Source of the DNA: Chiloscyllium plagiosum
Lineage: Eukaryota
Reading direction: 5' to 3'
NCBI RefSeq assembly: GCF_004010195.1
Contig: NC_057749.1
Coordinates: forward strand, 14,725,429 to 14,789,428
Length of the DNA stretch: 64,000 bases
Positions 36,856 to 50,830 of the stretch are shown here, piece by piece; position 1 is the first letter of the stretch; every line of letters starts with the position of its first letter. The position numbers and the translations under genes were made by a program. Under the pieces are notes generated by a model, which saw only the letters and a program-made list of their open reading frames with translations, searched no databases and was not told where the DNA came from.

Positions 36856-39629
36856 AAGAGGAATCCTCTCCCTGAGCCTGATTTTAAAGTGGGTCTTACC
36901 AGAATGGAGGCTGGAGCTGGGTTGCTTGGTTGACTCAGGGGATCTCCCTTGTCCCAAGCTGTGACCCTGGGGTTGATCTTTGCAAACTTGAGCAAAGAGC
37001 AGCCAGGAATGGGTCTGCACTGAGGAGGGGATGGAAACCAGTTTCCACATGGGATCCAAAATGCTTTAGGCATCGAGGGTGCAGGAGGGGAGAGCTGAAA
37101 TTTACAGGGCCCCATCGCCACCTCAACCTGCCCAGGAGTGGGCAACAGAGACCCTCCCCTCTGTACTCAGACAGGAGGAGTGAGCAGTCGGGGAAGAGGA
37201 GGGTCGCAAGTGAGAGCAAGTCACTCCTAGTGGTTCTCCGAGGTTCCTCCTGTTTCAGTCCTTCAGCCTGTTATGAAGAGTGTACTCAATTAGCCGGACG
37301 GCTGCTTTTTGATGCAGAGTGACATCAACAAGCATGGGTTCAATTCCAATACAGGGCTGAGGTCACCATGAAGGATTGACTCTCCTTCTCAACTTCTCCC
37401 CTCATCTGGGGCATGGTGAGCCCCAGGTTTAAACCACCAGCAGTCANNNNNNNNNNNNNNNNNNNNNNNNNNNNNNNNNNNNNNNNNNNNNNNNNNNNNN
37501 NNNNNNNNNNNNNNNNNNNNNNNNNNNNNNNNNNNNNNNNNNNNNNNNNNNNNNNNNNNNNNNNNNNNNNNNNNNNNNNNNNNNNNNNNNNNNNNNNNNN
37601 NNNNNNNNNNNNNNNNNTCTCTTCCTCCCTCCCTCGCCTCTCGCGTGCTCTCTCTCCCCCTCTCGCTTGCGCTCTCTCTCTCTCTCTCTCTCTCTCCCTC
37701 CCTCCCTCTTGCGCCCCCTCTCTTGCTCTCTCTCCATCCCCCTCGCCCGCGCTCTCTGTCTTTCTCTCTCTCGTGCTCTCTATAGTCTGGTAGGACTATG
37801 CTGATGTTATATAGGGTACACAGAATGAACTTTTCCCCGTGGGTCAATGACCAGAGGGTATAGATTTATGGTAAGGGGCAGGAGGTTTACAGAAGATGTG
37901 GGGAAAACATTTTTCACTTGGCTTGGGGGGAATCTGGAGCTCCCTGGCTGTGAAAGTGGGAGAGACAGAAACCCTCCTAACATTTAAGAAGGTGTTTTGA
38001 TGTACAGTTGTAATACCAAGACAGCACAAGGCTATGAGCCAAGTGCTGGGAAGTGAGATTAGGTGGTAATTTTTGACTGGCGCAGGCTTCATGGTCCGCA
38101 GGGCTTTTTCTCTGCTGTAGATCTCTCTGACTCCATGTACAAACATCCTTGTTTGGATTCAACTGAATAGACTCTCTTGCTTAATGACTATTCAGAAAGG
38201 CTAACATCAGTCTACTCTGACCACTCTCCTCATGTTGGTTCACTGACAATGTCTGCTTTTGAACAGATTTTGAAAGCCTTTTGTCTGTTGGATACTAAAG
38301 ATGTGTTTTCTTCTTTATTCCTTTGAGTTGTTTGTTATTCTTTAACATCACGTTACCTCTCCCACACACACAAGCCAACACCACGCCCCCGCATCACTGA
38401 CAAGTTCTCTCCTTTTATATCTGTGCTTCTATTATAGCAGCTGTTTGTCTGTGAGTGCTTTTAGTGGCTGGTTGTGACAGTCTCTCTGTGTGGTGCCTGG
38501 TGGAAAGCGATAGAGAGAAGTAAAAACTGGAAGAACTGCAGATGCTGTAAATCAGAAACAAAAACAGAAATCACTGGAAAAGCTCAACAGGTCTGACAGC
38601 ATCTGTGGAGAGAAATCAAAGTTTAATGTTTCCTTAGAACTGACTCAACCTAAAGATGCTACCAGACCTGCTGAGCTTTTCCAGCAATTTGTTTTGGATA
38701 GAGAGGAGTAGCTCTCTCCCATCCCCCTCCCCAGGTCAGTCAGTCGCCCAGAGACATTTGCAGCATAGAAAGGAGGCCATTTGGCCCATCCTGAGTGTGC
38801 CAGCTAATAACGATCTGACCACACTAATTTCATCTTCCATGGGTTTTGGCCCATAGTCCTGGAAACGGTGGCAATTCAAGGTGGATCTGTCAATGCTGCT
38901 TAAATATTACAGTAGTGAGTGCCAGCAGGCTGATGTCATCGTGAGGGGAGCACAGAGTTTCACCAGTTTGATTTAAAGTGAAGCCAGAGCTTTGAAATCC
39001 CATCTCATTGCGTATGCAGAAGCAAAATGTTAATGCATTCACTTGTGATTATATTAGCTTACAGCCACGTCTCTGAGCACAAGAAAGCTGGTGATTAACA
39101 CAAATATGATCTCGGTGAAGTAATGGGACCAATTGTATGTAAAGGGCAGCTACAGTCAAGTCACTAACTGTTGACGTGCGTAATTATAACTCCCATAAAA
39201 ATGATTCTGCCTATTGTCACAATCTCCGTAGAGACTGATAACTTTGTTCAAAGGAGAATTTTTGAACTTCCGGTTGCCAGCTGAAATAACGACATAGCAA
39301 GCTTTCACAGTCTGAAACGTTTACTGTAATAATAAGTGCGCTGAGAAAAAAGTACTCTAAACTAGAATCATTTCAGTTTTGAAGGCAACTTGCCCTTGCG
39401 AAGACAGAGAGGGTATTTCCCTTGTTTCCAATATTTACACTCACTCCCTTTACAGAGCAATGTCGCCCACAGCTGCTGGTGGCTTGCTATATTCCCTGTT
39501 TTGCTGACTAAGAACTTTTTGAATGATCATGTCCAGCCTCTCTCCTCAGTTTTCAGTGTTTCTTCAATCCACCATTTGCCAAGAAGAGGCCATTCAGCCT
39601 CTCCAGCCTCCTTTCCCCATTCAACTCCA

Positions 39630-40185
39630 TCATAGAGATATACAACATGGAAACAGACCCTTGGGTCTAACTCATCCATGCTGACCAGATATCCTAAATA
39701 AATCTAATCCCATTTGCCAGCATTTGGCCCATATCCTTCTAAATCCTTCCTACCCATCCAGATGCCTTTTAAATGCTATAATCGTACCAGCCTCCACCAC
39801 TTCCTCTGGCAACTCATTCCATACATGCAATACCCTCTGCTTGAAAACGTTGCCCCTTCGGTCCCTTTTAAATCTTTCCCCTCTCATCTTAATCCTTTGC
39901 TCTCTAGTTTCGGAACCCCCCCCTCCCCCCCCCCACCTTTCCAGGGAAAATACTTTGTCTATTTACTTTATTCATGCTCCTTATTATTTTATAAACCTTT
40001 ATAAGGCCACCTCTCAGCTTGCCAACGCTCCAGGGAAAACAGCCCCAGCCTATTCAACCTCTCCCTAAAGCTCAAATCCTCCAACCCTGGAAACATCTTT
40101 GTAAATCTTTTCTGAATCCTTTCAAGTTTCACTGCATCCTTTCTATAGCAGGGAGACCAGAATTGCACATAGTATTCCAATAGTA
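39630..40185 (-). mobile_element. CR1/HER1-type LINE 3' fragment
   Basis: LEYYVQFWSPCYRKDAVKLERIQKRFTKMFPGLE plus the 3' UTR. Confidence 0.9.
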
Positions 40186-40214
40186 TCATAACTAGTCTGT
40201 CTCAATGTCTTTTT

Positions 40215-41165
40215 TAATTCACATGTGGGATATGTGTGTCACTGGCTGGGCAAACATTTATTGTCTGCCCCTACCTGTCATTAAGGTGAGGGTGAGATGC
40301 CTTCATTAACCTCTGCAGTCCATGTACTATAGGATGCCATTAGAGGGGGAATTCCAGGATTGTGACCCAGTGACACTGAAGGAACAGTGATATATTTCGA
40401 AGTCAGGATGGCGAGTGGCTTGGAGGGGATCTTGCAGGGGATGGTGTTCCCATGTACATGCTGCCCCTGTCCTTCTAGATGAAAGTGGTTGTGTGTTTGG
40501 AAGGTGCTGTCTGAGGATCTTTGGTGAATTTCTGCAGGGCATTTTGTAGATGGTACACACTGCTGCAACTGGACATCGGTGATGGAGGGAGTGGATGCTT
40601 GTGGATGTGGTGCGATCGAGCAGGAGCTGCTTTGTCTTCAATAGTGTCAAGCTTCTTGAGTGTTGTTGGGGCTGCACTCAGACATGTAAATGGGGAGTAT
40701 TCCATCACACTCCTGACTTGTGCCTTGTGGTGGACGGGCTTGGGGAGTCAGGAGGTGAGTTACTCGCTGCAGGATTCCGAGCCTCTGACCTGCTCTTGCA
40801 CCAAAGTATTAATGTGGTGAGTCCAGTTGAGTGTCTGGTCAACGGTAATCCACAGGATGTTGATAGCAGGGGGCTCAGTGGTGGTAATAGCATTGAATGT
40901 CAAGGTACAATAGTTAAGTTGTCTCTTCTTGGTGATGGTCATAATCCAGCATTTGTGTGGCACAAATGTGACTTGTTATCGGCCCAAGCCTGCTTATTTT
41001 CCAGATCTTGTTGCTTGCTTGAACATGGACTGCTTCAGTATCTGAGGAGTTACAAATGGTGCTGAACATTGTGCAATCATTGGCAAACATTCTCACTTCT
41101 GACTTTATGGTGGAGGGAAGGTCATTGAAGAAGCAGCTCAAGATGCTTGGATTGAGGACACTAAC
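40215..41165 (-). mobile_element. CR1/L2-group LINE 3' fragment (second family)
   Basis: FFNDLPSTIKSEVRMFANDCT (RT motif), MEYSPFTCLSAAPTTLKKLDTIEDKAA, HSLHHRCPVAAVCTIYKMPC. Confidence 0.88.
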
Positions 41166-42027
41166 CTCACTGTCCACGATTTCTTGGATGTCATCAATAT
41201 CTACTGTCCTGCACTTGCTCTCTGGTTGAGCTCACACTGCCTTCTCGGGTAGAAAATTTCAAAGGCCACCAAAGGTGTCTCTCCTACTCAACCTCCGTGA
41301 TATTCTGAAACTCTGTCCCCTAGTGCTAGAGGTACTGACTGGAGGAAATCTCTGTCCTACAGCATCTCTGTCGAGTCTTGTAAGATTTCAATGGGATCAC
41401 CCTCTCGTTATTCTAAGCTCAAAATATTCAGGCCAAGTCTCTTTGTAAGAGAGCCCCTCCATCTCTGGGATTGCACTCTCCCACGTGTGGGTGGAGGAGT
41501 CTTCAGAACTCTCTTCCTCAAAAGGCCATGGAAGAAGTACCTTGTATTATTTTTAATGCAGGGTAGATTCTAGATTGGGTAGATTCTTGATAAGCAAGGG
41601 GTGGTGGGGTTGAAAGGTTACGGGGGTTAGGTGAGAGTGTGGAGTAATCAGTCAGACATGATCATCTGGAATAGCAGTGTAGGCTCAAGGGATTGAAAAT
41701 CAGAGGCTGTTCCTGTTGTCCCCAGTCATAAATGCCTCGTATCTTTTACTCAGTAAAAAACATGTTACAGCTTAAAAGCTGCAGTCCCAAAATCATGACA
41801 AACTTTTAAAACTCACAACTATAAGACCATGCTTTAAAGATTTCTTCCAGCCATGGCCCACCCATGAACCTGATATAAGGAGAAAAATTGATGGAGAAAC
41901 TCAGCAAGTCTGGTAGGATCTGTCGAGTGTGAAACAGTTAACATTTCTAGTCTGTTCAGAACTGGATAAGAGTCATGTCGGCCTCTGTTAATTTTGTTGT
42001 TCCACAGATGCTGCCAGACCTACTGAA

Positions 42028-42371
42028 TCATACAATCCGTACAGTGTGGAAACAGGCCATTAGGATCAACGGGTCCACACTGACTCTGCAAAGAGTATCC
42101 CACTCAGACCCACTCCCTACCCTCAAACACTACATTTACCCCTGACTAATGCATCTCACCTACACATCCCTGAACACTGTGGGAAAATTAGCATGGCCAA
42201 TTTGCCTAACCTGCACATCTTTGGGCTGTGGGAGGAAACCGGAGCACCCAGAGGAAAATCATTGCAGTCACAGGGAGAATGCGCAACCTCCACACAGACA
42301 GTCGCCAGAGATGGAATTGAACCCGGGTCCCTGGAACTGTGAGGCAGCAGTGCTAACCACTGAGCCACCAT
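42028..42371 (-). mobile_element. HE1-type V-SINE, full length, inside a Penelope-like fold-back remnant (~41890-42425)
   Basis: Ends ctgtgaggcagcagtgctaaccactgagccacc; splits gatgctgccagacctactga / gctgagtttctccagc. Confidence 0.85.
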
Positions 42372-42769
42372 GCTGAGTTTCTCCAGCATCTTCTCTTTGT
42401 TTATTACAGATTTCCAGCATCTGCTTCTATCATGTTCCTGACATCATTGTTCAGAACAAGTCGGGGAAGTCAACAAAGTGAAAGCAAAGTTGGAAAGCCT
42501 GTAATGTCCAGGAATCTACTCTCCTTACCTAGCCTGGCCTATATGTGACTCCAGACCCACAGCAACACGGTTGACTCTTAACTGCCCTCTGAAATGGCCC
42601 AGGGAGCCACTCAAGTGCAATTAGGAATGGCCAGTAAATGCAGGTCTTGCCAGCAATGCCTACGTTCTGTAAACGAATAAAACAAAAGGTGGATGCCATC
42701 TAAATGGAAAGAAGCTGCAGAAAGCTGTAAGACAAAGGCATTCAGGGAGACCTGTTCAATAGAATGGTA

Positions 42770-44180
42770 AGAAATTGCAGCCCACTGCTGTGCAGAGGGA
42801 TCTGGGTGTCCTTGTGCATGAATCACAGAAGGTTGGTTTGCAGGTGCAACAGGTAATTAAGAAAACAAACAGAATTTTGTCCTTCATTTCTAAAGGAATG
42901 GAGTTTAAAAGCAAGAGATTATGTTGCAGCTGAATAGGGTGCTGGTGAGGCCACACCTGGAGTATTGCGTGCAGTTTTTGGTCTCCTTACTTGAGAAAGG
43001 ATGTACTAATACTAGATGGGGCGCAGAGGAGGTTCACTAGGTTGGTTTTGGAGTTGAGGGGGTTGGTTATGAGGAGAGATTGGATAGTCTGGGATTATAT
43101 TCATTGGAATTCAGAAAAATGAGGGGGGATCTTATAGAAACATGTAACATTATGAAGGGAATTGATAAAATAGAAGTAGAGAGGATGTTTCCCTTAGCGG
43201 GTGAAACCAGGACAAGAGGGGATAGCCTCAAAATTAGTGGGAGCAGATTTAGGACTGAATTGAGAAGGAACTCCTTCACCCAGAAGGTTGTGAACATATG
43301 GAATTATCTGCTCAATGAAGTGGTTGAAGCTTCCTCAGTAAATGTTTTTAAAGCTAAGACAGATAATTGTTTGAACAGTGAAGGGATTAAGGGTTATGGT
43401 GAATGGCTGGGTAAGTGGAGCTGAGGTCATGAGAAGATCAGCCATGATCGTATTGAATGGTGGAGCAGGCTGGAAGGGGCCAGATGGCCTCCTCCTGCTC
43501 CTAGTTCTGATGTTCTTATGTTATATTCATGAAACACAGAAAGCTAGCACACAGGAGCAGCAGGTAATCAGGAAGGGTATTGGAATGTTGGGCTTTATTT
43601 CAAGGGGGTTGAAGCATTAGAGTAGGGAAGGTGCTGGGGAGACCACATCTGGAGCACTGGGAGGAGATTTGATTCCCTTATTTGAGGAAAGGTATCACCT
43701 CATTGGAGGCAGTTCAGTGAACGTTCAGTAGGCTGATTCCTGATATGGAGGGATTGTCTTACAAACAAAGACTAAACAGGTTGGGAGTCTACTCACTGGA
43801 GCTTAGAAGTCTGAGAGATAAGCTCATTGAAACATATCGGATTGTTAAGAGGTTTGATGGGATAAATGCTAAGAGAAAGTCTCCCTTCAGAGGAGAGTCT
43901 AGCATCTGAGGGCAGAGTCTCAGAATAAATTTCAGACTGAGATGAGGAGGAATTTCTTCTCTGAGGGTCGAGAGTATTTGGAACTTGTTGCCACAGAAGA
44001 GATGTGGGGGCAGAGTCCTTGTGGATATTTAAGGCTGAGGGAGATTAGATTCTTGATCAGTCGGAGAATCAAGGAAAGTGTAGGAAAGTTGACATGAGAA
44101 ATGTCAGGTCAGCCACGATCCCATTGAATGTAGAGCAGGTTTGAGAGGCCAAATGACTTATTCCTGTTCTTGGGTTCTTG
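42770..44180 (+). mobile_element. Two tandem CR1-type LINE 3' fragments (~42770-43522 and ~43525-44180)
   Basis: LGLYSLEFRKMRGDLIETCNIMKG...RRNSFTQKVVNIWN, followed by a second, more degenerate copy. Confidence 0.85.
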
Positions 44181-44477
44181 TACAAAAACTGATCTAATTG
44201 AATGGGAGAGTGTTCTGGCTCAAGGGGCTGAATGGCCATCTCCTGTTTCTCATGTGTGCAGTAGTTTTTTTTTGCTGAAACTCATTTTCTCCTAACTGTT
44301 GGAGATGGGAGCCACTGGTGTTAACCAGGAGGGAGGCAGGGCCTGACTGGGAGAATCGCAGCTCTGAAACACAGGCCTCTCATTCTCACCGTCTCGCTGG
44401 CTCTGGCTCTCTGTGTCTTGGTGTCTGCTGTTTTGCTCTTGCGCGCTCTCTCTCTCTCGGTCACGCTCATTCATGCT

Positions 44478-44770
44478 GTGGCAGCACAGTAGCTCAGTGG
44501 TTAGCTCAAAGCGTCAGGGACCTGGGTTCAATTCCAGCTTCTAGTGATTGTCTGTGTGGATTTTGCATGTTCTCCCTGTGTCTGTGTGAGTTTCCTCCAG
44601 GTGCTCCGGTTTGCTCCCACAGTCCAAAGATGTGCTGGTTAGGGTGGATTGGCCATGGGAAATGCGGGGTTAAGGGGAACTTGGTCTGGATGGGATACTG
44701 TTTGGAGGGTTGATGTGGACTTGATGGGCTGAATGGCCTGCTTCCACACTGTAGGGATTCTATGATTCAT
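44478..44770 (+). mobile_element. HE1-type V-SINE
   Basis: ggcagcacagtagctcagtggttagc head, V-domain, gggattctatgattc tail. Confidence 0.85.
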
Positions 44771-46289
44771 ACTTTCCTGATCTGACCTGCTGAAAATAAC
44801 GCACTGTATTTCAGCGGTGCAATGAGTGGAAAAAGTTGTTTCTTATGGGGAAAGAAAAGTACATTACTGACAGTGAGTTTGCTTCTGACTTCTAATTACT
44901 TTTGACAAAAAAAGTGCTGGAGATCCCAGTGGATCAGGCAGTATCCACAGAGAGAGAGCAAACTAGAGTCTAGATGACACTACACAGAGCTGATGAACTA
45001 TCATCGAGACTCGAGACATTAGCTTACTCTCTCTCCATTGATGCTGCCTGACCTACTGTGATCTCCAGCATTTTTTTGTTTTCAGTCCAGATTCCAGCAT
45101 CTGCACTAATTTGCTCCTCCTAATGACTGTTGTTTTGTAACTGTAATTAAAAGGAGAGGTTAACCTCCACTCCCCCCTCCCTCCACACTCTGTGCCCTCC
45201 CAGCCACATAAGTTGCTATTTTCTAATGAGCTCCCCACATGGAGATGGGAGGGACCGGTTCCTGTGCCACTGTCTGATATTATGATTTACACCTTGCCTC
45301 CCATTGCTGCCTACCTCAGCGCAACTGAAACGAGTTCAATGGCCCACAACGTGGGGAGCCAAGCCTCTGGAGTGTCAGAGAGAATGCTACATGGATGAGG
45401 CAATGGCAGCTTTCACTATCAATGTCTCTGATGAGCAGCAGCGAGAGGCACCAGGGAGCTGAGCGGTGCACCGTAGCACTGATTAAACACAAACAATTCA
45501 TTCAGACAACACAACACGCCAGGCGACTGGTAAAATCAATATCTACTGCACACTCCAGTAATTCCTCGCTCTCTGGTTGCCAGCACCTCCTAGGATTGTT
45601 TCTTTATTTTCCCCCAACCTCCCTTCCTCAAGATTCCCACTTCGGCTCTGGGAGTAGGATGTGGTCAGGCTATTCGATCACAAGGGGCATCAGAGTCAAA
45701 CGTGAGGATGAACCTCTTCCACCCCCTTGCCCCAGTCTAGTACCTCACTTCAGCATCACTGGACTGCAATCCTGATTAGAAACCTCTCTTTACTCTGTTC
45801 AAGATGATCCAATATAGAAACAAATGCATAGAAATTTTGCAGAACTGTGCAGAGAGAAATGGAGTTCACATTTCAAGTCCTGTCTGACTTCAGAAGAGGT
45901 TTGAAAATGGTGGTTGTTGAGGGGTGAGAGGAACAGATGGTGTAGAGGCAGTCACTAATGCTGTGGAAGGGGAACTTGAGCTGTAAAGAAGGTGTACATT
46001 AGCATGTGGAAAGGGTGAAAATGGGTCCTCTCTCCAGCTGGGATCTTCCTGGTCCACCCTGGGGCAGGGGTAGGGGTAGGCTGCTGTTGAGACTGGCGAT
46101 TGACCAGTGTAGATGTTGGGAACAGACAAGGCCTTCACTGCATTCTGTAGGCAGCTTCACTATGAAGCGATGAATTGTCGCAACAAATTCTCCTCCTGAG
46201 ATTTTCCATGTGCCAGTTCAGTTCCACCCTTAAAGGCGTCCAACTCCTTCGCAACCAGAGGGTTCTCGAGTGTTCGCTGCTACCTTTTC

Positions 46290-46755
46290 CGAGCAGGGTG
46301 TCAGCAGGTGACACCTTTGCCTCCGAGTCAGAACGTTGTGGGTTCAAGTCCCTCCACGGACCTGAGTACATAATTCTGAGGGCTGAGGGAACCCTGCTCT
46401 GTCAAACATGACGTCACCGTGAGGTACCATCTGCACTCTCTCTCTCACGTGCGCGCGCTCTCTTTCTCTCTCTTTTCTCTCTCTTTCTCTCTCTCTCTCT
46501 CTCTTCCACCCCTCCCCTCTCTTTGGTAGACCTGAAAGATCTCATGGTAACTCTGTTGAAGAAGGGCCAGGGGTTGAGTTCTTCCCTGGAGTCTCAGCCA
46601 ACGGTAATCCCTGAATGGGATCTTGCTGTTCGCAGAGTGGCTGCTGCATTTCCCATACTCCAGCAAAGAGTTTTCTTTTAGTAGGTAGATAATTCATTGG
46701 CTGTACAACACATTCGGAAATCCCAAGGATGTGAAGGATGCTGTAGAAATGTGAA
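46290..46755 (+). mobile_element. Deu-domain SINE with tRNA-like head and an internal (CT)n expansion
   Basis: gcctccgagtcagaacgttgtgggttcaagtccc head; gttgaagaagggccagggg and gggatcttgctgttcgcagagtggctgctgcatttccc; tail gtgaaggatgctgtagaaatg. Confidence 0.7.
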
Positions 46756-46924
46756 TCATTGAATTAAATGCAGCAGTCAGTCAGTGACCCTGGTTTTAGT
46801 AGCTCATGGACAGGCGGCTAAACTGAGAAGGCTGAATCCTTCCAGAATTTTGAAGCGTATGTTCTGAGCAATGTAGTCTAATGCGGCCTGAGTAATGCAA
46901 GGCTGTGACACACTGGCTGAGTCA

Positions 46925-48025
46925 CTATTTATTATCCGGCCCTAGTTGCCCCTGGAGAAGGTGGGGGTGAGCTGCCTTCTTGAACCGCTGCAGTCCATGT
47001 GCTGTAGGTAGACTACAATGCCTATAGGGAGGGAATTCCAGGATTTTGACCCAGTGACACTGAAGGAACGGCGATATATTTCCAAGTCAGGATGGTTTGT
47101 GGCTTCGAGGGGAACTTGCAGGGGGTGGTGTTTCCATATATCTGCTTCCCTTGTCCTTTGAGATGACAGTGCTCATGGATTTGGAAGGTGCTGTCTAAGG
47201 AGATGTGGTGAGATGTCGCAGTGTGTCTTGTAGATGGTACACACTGAAGCCTTCGAGAGAGTGAATGTTAAAGGTGTTGGAATGGGGTACTGATCAAGTG
47301 ACCAATTTATCCTGGATCGTGTGTAGCTCCTTAAATGTTGAAGATGTGCTCATCTAGGCAAGTGTAGAATATTCTATCACACTCCTGGCTTTTACCTTGT
47401 AGCTATTGGACAGACTCTGGGGAGTCAGGGGGCGAGTTACTTGCTGCTGTATTCCTAGTCTCTGACCTGCTCTCATAGCCACTGTGTTTATGTGGTGAGT
47501 CCAGTTCAGTTTCTGGTCAATGGTAATCCCCAGGATGTAGATAGTGGGGGACACAGTGATCGTAATGCCATCAGGGGAGACAATGGCCTAGCGGTATTAT
47601 TGTTGGAACTGTTAATACAGAGACCCAGGTGATATTCTGGGATCCTGAGTTTGAACTTGCCACGGGCAGATGGTGAAATTTGATAAAATATCTGAAATTG
47701 AGTGTACTGATGACCATGAAACAATGCTGATTTTCATAAAAGCCCATCTGGTTCACTAATGCCCTTCAGGGAAGAAATCTGCCATCCTTATCCCATCTGG
47801 CCTACATGTGACTCCAGACCCACAACAATGTAGTTGACATTACCCTTTGGGTAATAAGTGCTGGCCTAGCCAGCTATATCCTCATCCTGTGAATGAATAA
47901 AAACAAATACCAAGGCACGATGGGTAGATTCTCTCTTGTTTGGAGAAAGTCATTGCCTGGCACTTGTGTGGCTCAAACATTACTTGTCACTTGTCAGTGC
48001 AAGCCTGAAACTTGGTCCAAGTCTT
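46925..48025 (-). mobile_element. CR1/L2-group LINE fragment interrupted by a + strand tRNA-SINE (~47575-47905)
   Basis: ILGITIDQKLNWTHHINTVA.RAGQRLG on the minus strand; the SINE matches 17318-17680. Confidence 0.82.
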
Positions 48026-50611
48026 GTTGCAGATTTGTTCGGGTTTGATTTACTCCTTGAATTTAAATTCTGCCAACTGCGTGGGCCTCTGGATTGCGAG
48101 TCCAGTGATATTCCTCCAGACACACACGTCAGCTGTACCGAGACCAGCACTGTGTGTGTGTGTGTGTGTGTGTGTGTCCCAGTGTGAGCAGCACATGCCA
48201 TACCTTTATGAGCAGCAACGGAGAGAGGAAATCAGCTGACAGTGAGACTCGAGAGAGGCACAAAATAGCAAATGGGTAGAAGAGTCATAAAGTGCAGTAG
48301 GCATTTATTGACGAGGTAATTTCCTGCACTGAAGGAGCCCTCATAAAAAGCAGCAACAGTGGTCAACCTCACTGGGAGGTAAGTGCTGTAGGTGTCCTCC
48401 CTGCTGGGAGATTTCCTTCTGTTTCTACAGAGGCAATTAAATATTCTCCTTTGCCAGCTACTAGCACCTCCCTTCCACTTACACCCAGCAGATCAGAGTG
48501 ATTAGTCAGGTGGGGGGATGAGATGGTTACTCAAAGGCTGACCATAACAGGAACTGACAATTTAAATTCTCAAATTCCTCTGTAGTTTCTCCAACGGCTC
48601 CAGTTGCTTTCCTTTTAAACCTTGTGTGTTTTATTTGATAAAAAGCTGCAGATTTACACAGTTGCTCTCGAGTTTATATTAAAACCTTCGTTTCTGTTTG
48701 ATGAAGGAAGCAGTCGGGACAATTATTCGCGATCAATAACATTGAATTCTGCTAAAGAGACAATTAAGAATGTAATGAAGAAGGGTATGTGCAACTTGCT
48801 TCTAAGTTTGCATCTGGGAAAGTGAGTGAGTGCATGTTAAACCAGTCTGTTGATTTTTCCCATGTCACCTTTTGATTAAGAATGCTTTAAAGACTCAAAT
48901 CAATGGTTAGTTGATGAGCTGAGGGCAGTTCGGGCCTAGTTACTGCCAGTGTGGAGTGGATTCATGCTACAAATGTATATCCACTAGGGGCAGGATTCAG
49001 ATTGGTCCCCTCTCATTGTTACGTGGCTGGGCTGACCAGTCACCTTGGCTGGGCTGGACTGGATTTCCACTCAATCCTTGGTTGACAGCACCGTCCACCC
49101 CCAGGAGGGAAGACCATCCACTGGCTCTTCAACCTTTTCAAATTTTGTTTTGAAGAAATCTGCATGATCAGGATTGCTTAGGATATACAGCACAGCAAGA
49201 GGCTATTTGGCCTGACAAGTCCATGCTGGTGTTTGAGCCAATCCATTCACCTTATGTGGTTGCCTTCTCTCCTCTCAATGTAACAAACTCCCTGTGTGGC
49301 CAATTTCACAATCTCACCACCCTGATCATAGAGCTCCTCTGAGTTTGCTGTTGGGTTTCTTGCTATCTTTTATTGACAGTCTTAAGATATGCTTTAGCCA
49401 CAAGAGGAAACTTTCTCGCTGTCGTATCCATAAAATTCTCTGTTAGCTCAACCTGCGGCCTCTTTTTTAAAAAAGTTATCTGGGAGTCAGGTTCATTTGT
49501 TGACTCTCCATCAGACTGCTCTACAGTTCCCATGTACTGTCAGTCCAGAATGCAACCTTCCTTCCAAATATTCCACCTCCCAAAACAGTGACCTTTATCA
49601 CCTAGAAGGACAAAGATAACATTGACATGGGAAAGCCACCACTTGCAAGTTCTTGGAATAAGTGGGGAAGAGAAAATTCAGCTGGTTTCAATGATGGTGG
49701 AAGTGAAGTTATCTACAGTTGTTGTAAAAACACATCTGGTTCACCAATATCCTTCAGGGAAGGAGATCTGCCATCCTTACCTGGTCTGGCCAACACGTGA
49801 CTCCAGATCCACGGTAATGTGGTTGACTCTTTAATGCCCTCTAACCAAATCTAAAAAGCCACTTCATTCAAGAGCAGATAGGGAGGGGCAATAAATACTG
49901 GCCTTCCCAGTGATTTCCTGATCCCATGGGAGAATAAAAACAGTCTTATTAAAACATGCCACGTCCCCACCACCACACCCTCTGTAAAGGTTTGGACCGT
50001 GTAGTGGTGAGGGGGACAGGCTGGTGTTGCAGTGGGGAGTAGATGACACTGCCCAGGCTATAAAGCTGTTCTCCGTTCAGTGCGAGGGTATTACCCACTG
50101 AGCTATTTCAGAAGGCTCGTTTGTCCTTCAATGGACCCCAATTAACTGGTTATTTATCTCATTTAGACAGTGTGGCATTGCAATTTGTACAAAGTGCTTG
50201 CCAAGTTTATCCACACAACCTTCAAGTGATTTATTGCATCTGAAGTGCTTTGAGATGTTTCTGAGAGAGATACAATTGGACACAATTTCCTTTTTGTAAC
50301 TTGAGATGTTTATCCAATGTTGCTCAGGCTCAAGGTCTGTTTCCATTATTATTCTGTCACTTGCTGGGGGCCAGGTTGGAAATATTTCATCTTCGTTGTG
50401 TCATTCAGTTGACAGTTTGAGCTGAGGCCTTGGTTTGTGGGATGGAGGTTACTGGTTCACAGACTCTCCAATAAATAACCTTTAATCGACAGCTTGGCAT
50501 TCCGACATTTACTGCACTCTCTGTCGGAATTATCTGAAAGGACTCCGATTCCAGCTGCTGCCCATCTCTGAACCCACCTCCAGTCTCATTCATTTATCAC
50601 CTTCAACAGAG

Positions 50612-50830
50612 GGTCAATTAGCTCAGTTGGCTGGATGGTTGGTTTGAGATGCAGAGAGTCAGGATAGCCGTGTGAGTTCAATTCCTACACCAGCTAAGGT
50701 TCCCTTGAAGGACTCTCTTTCTTGATGTCTCATCTTTGCCTGAGGCATGGTGATCCTCAGGTTAAACTACCACCATTCGTCTCTCTCTCTCTCTCTCTCT
50801 TTAATGAGAGTAGCTTTCTGGGACAACAGT
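50612..50830 (+). mobile_element. tRNA-derived SINE (tcaattagctcagttggctgg... family; related copy ~37285-37446)
   Basis: Box A-like tagctcagttgg, box B-like gagttcaattcc, and a ggcatggtga..c.caggtt.aa.c.accacca segment shared between copies. Confidence 0.6.

Noticed and set aside
37389..37847. ORFs spanning 37447-37617
   Set aside because: Artefacts of the N gap and a (CT)n tract.
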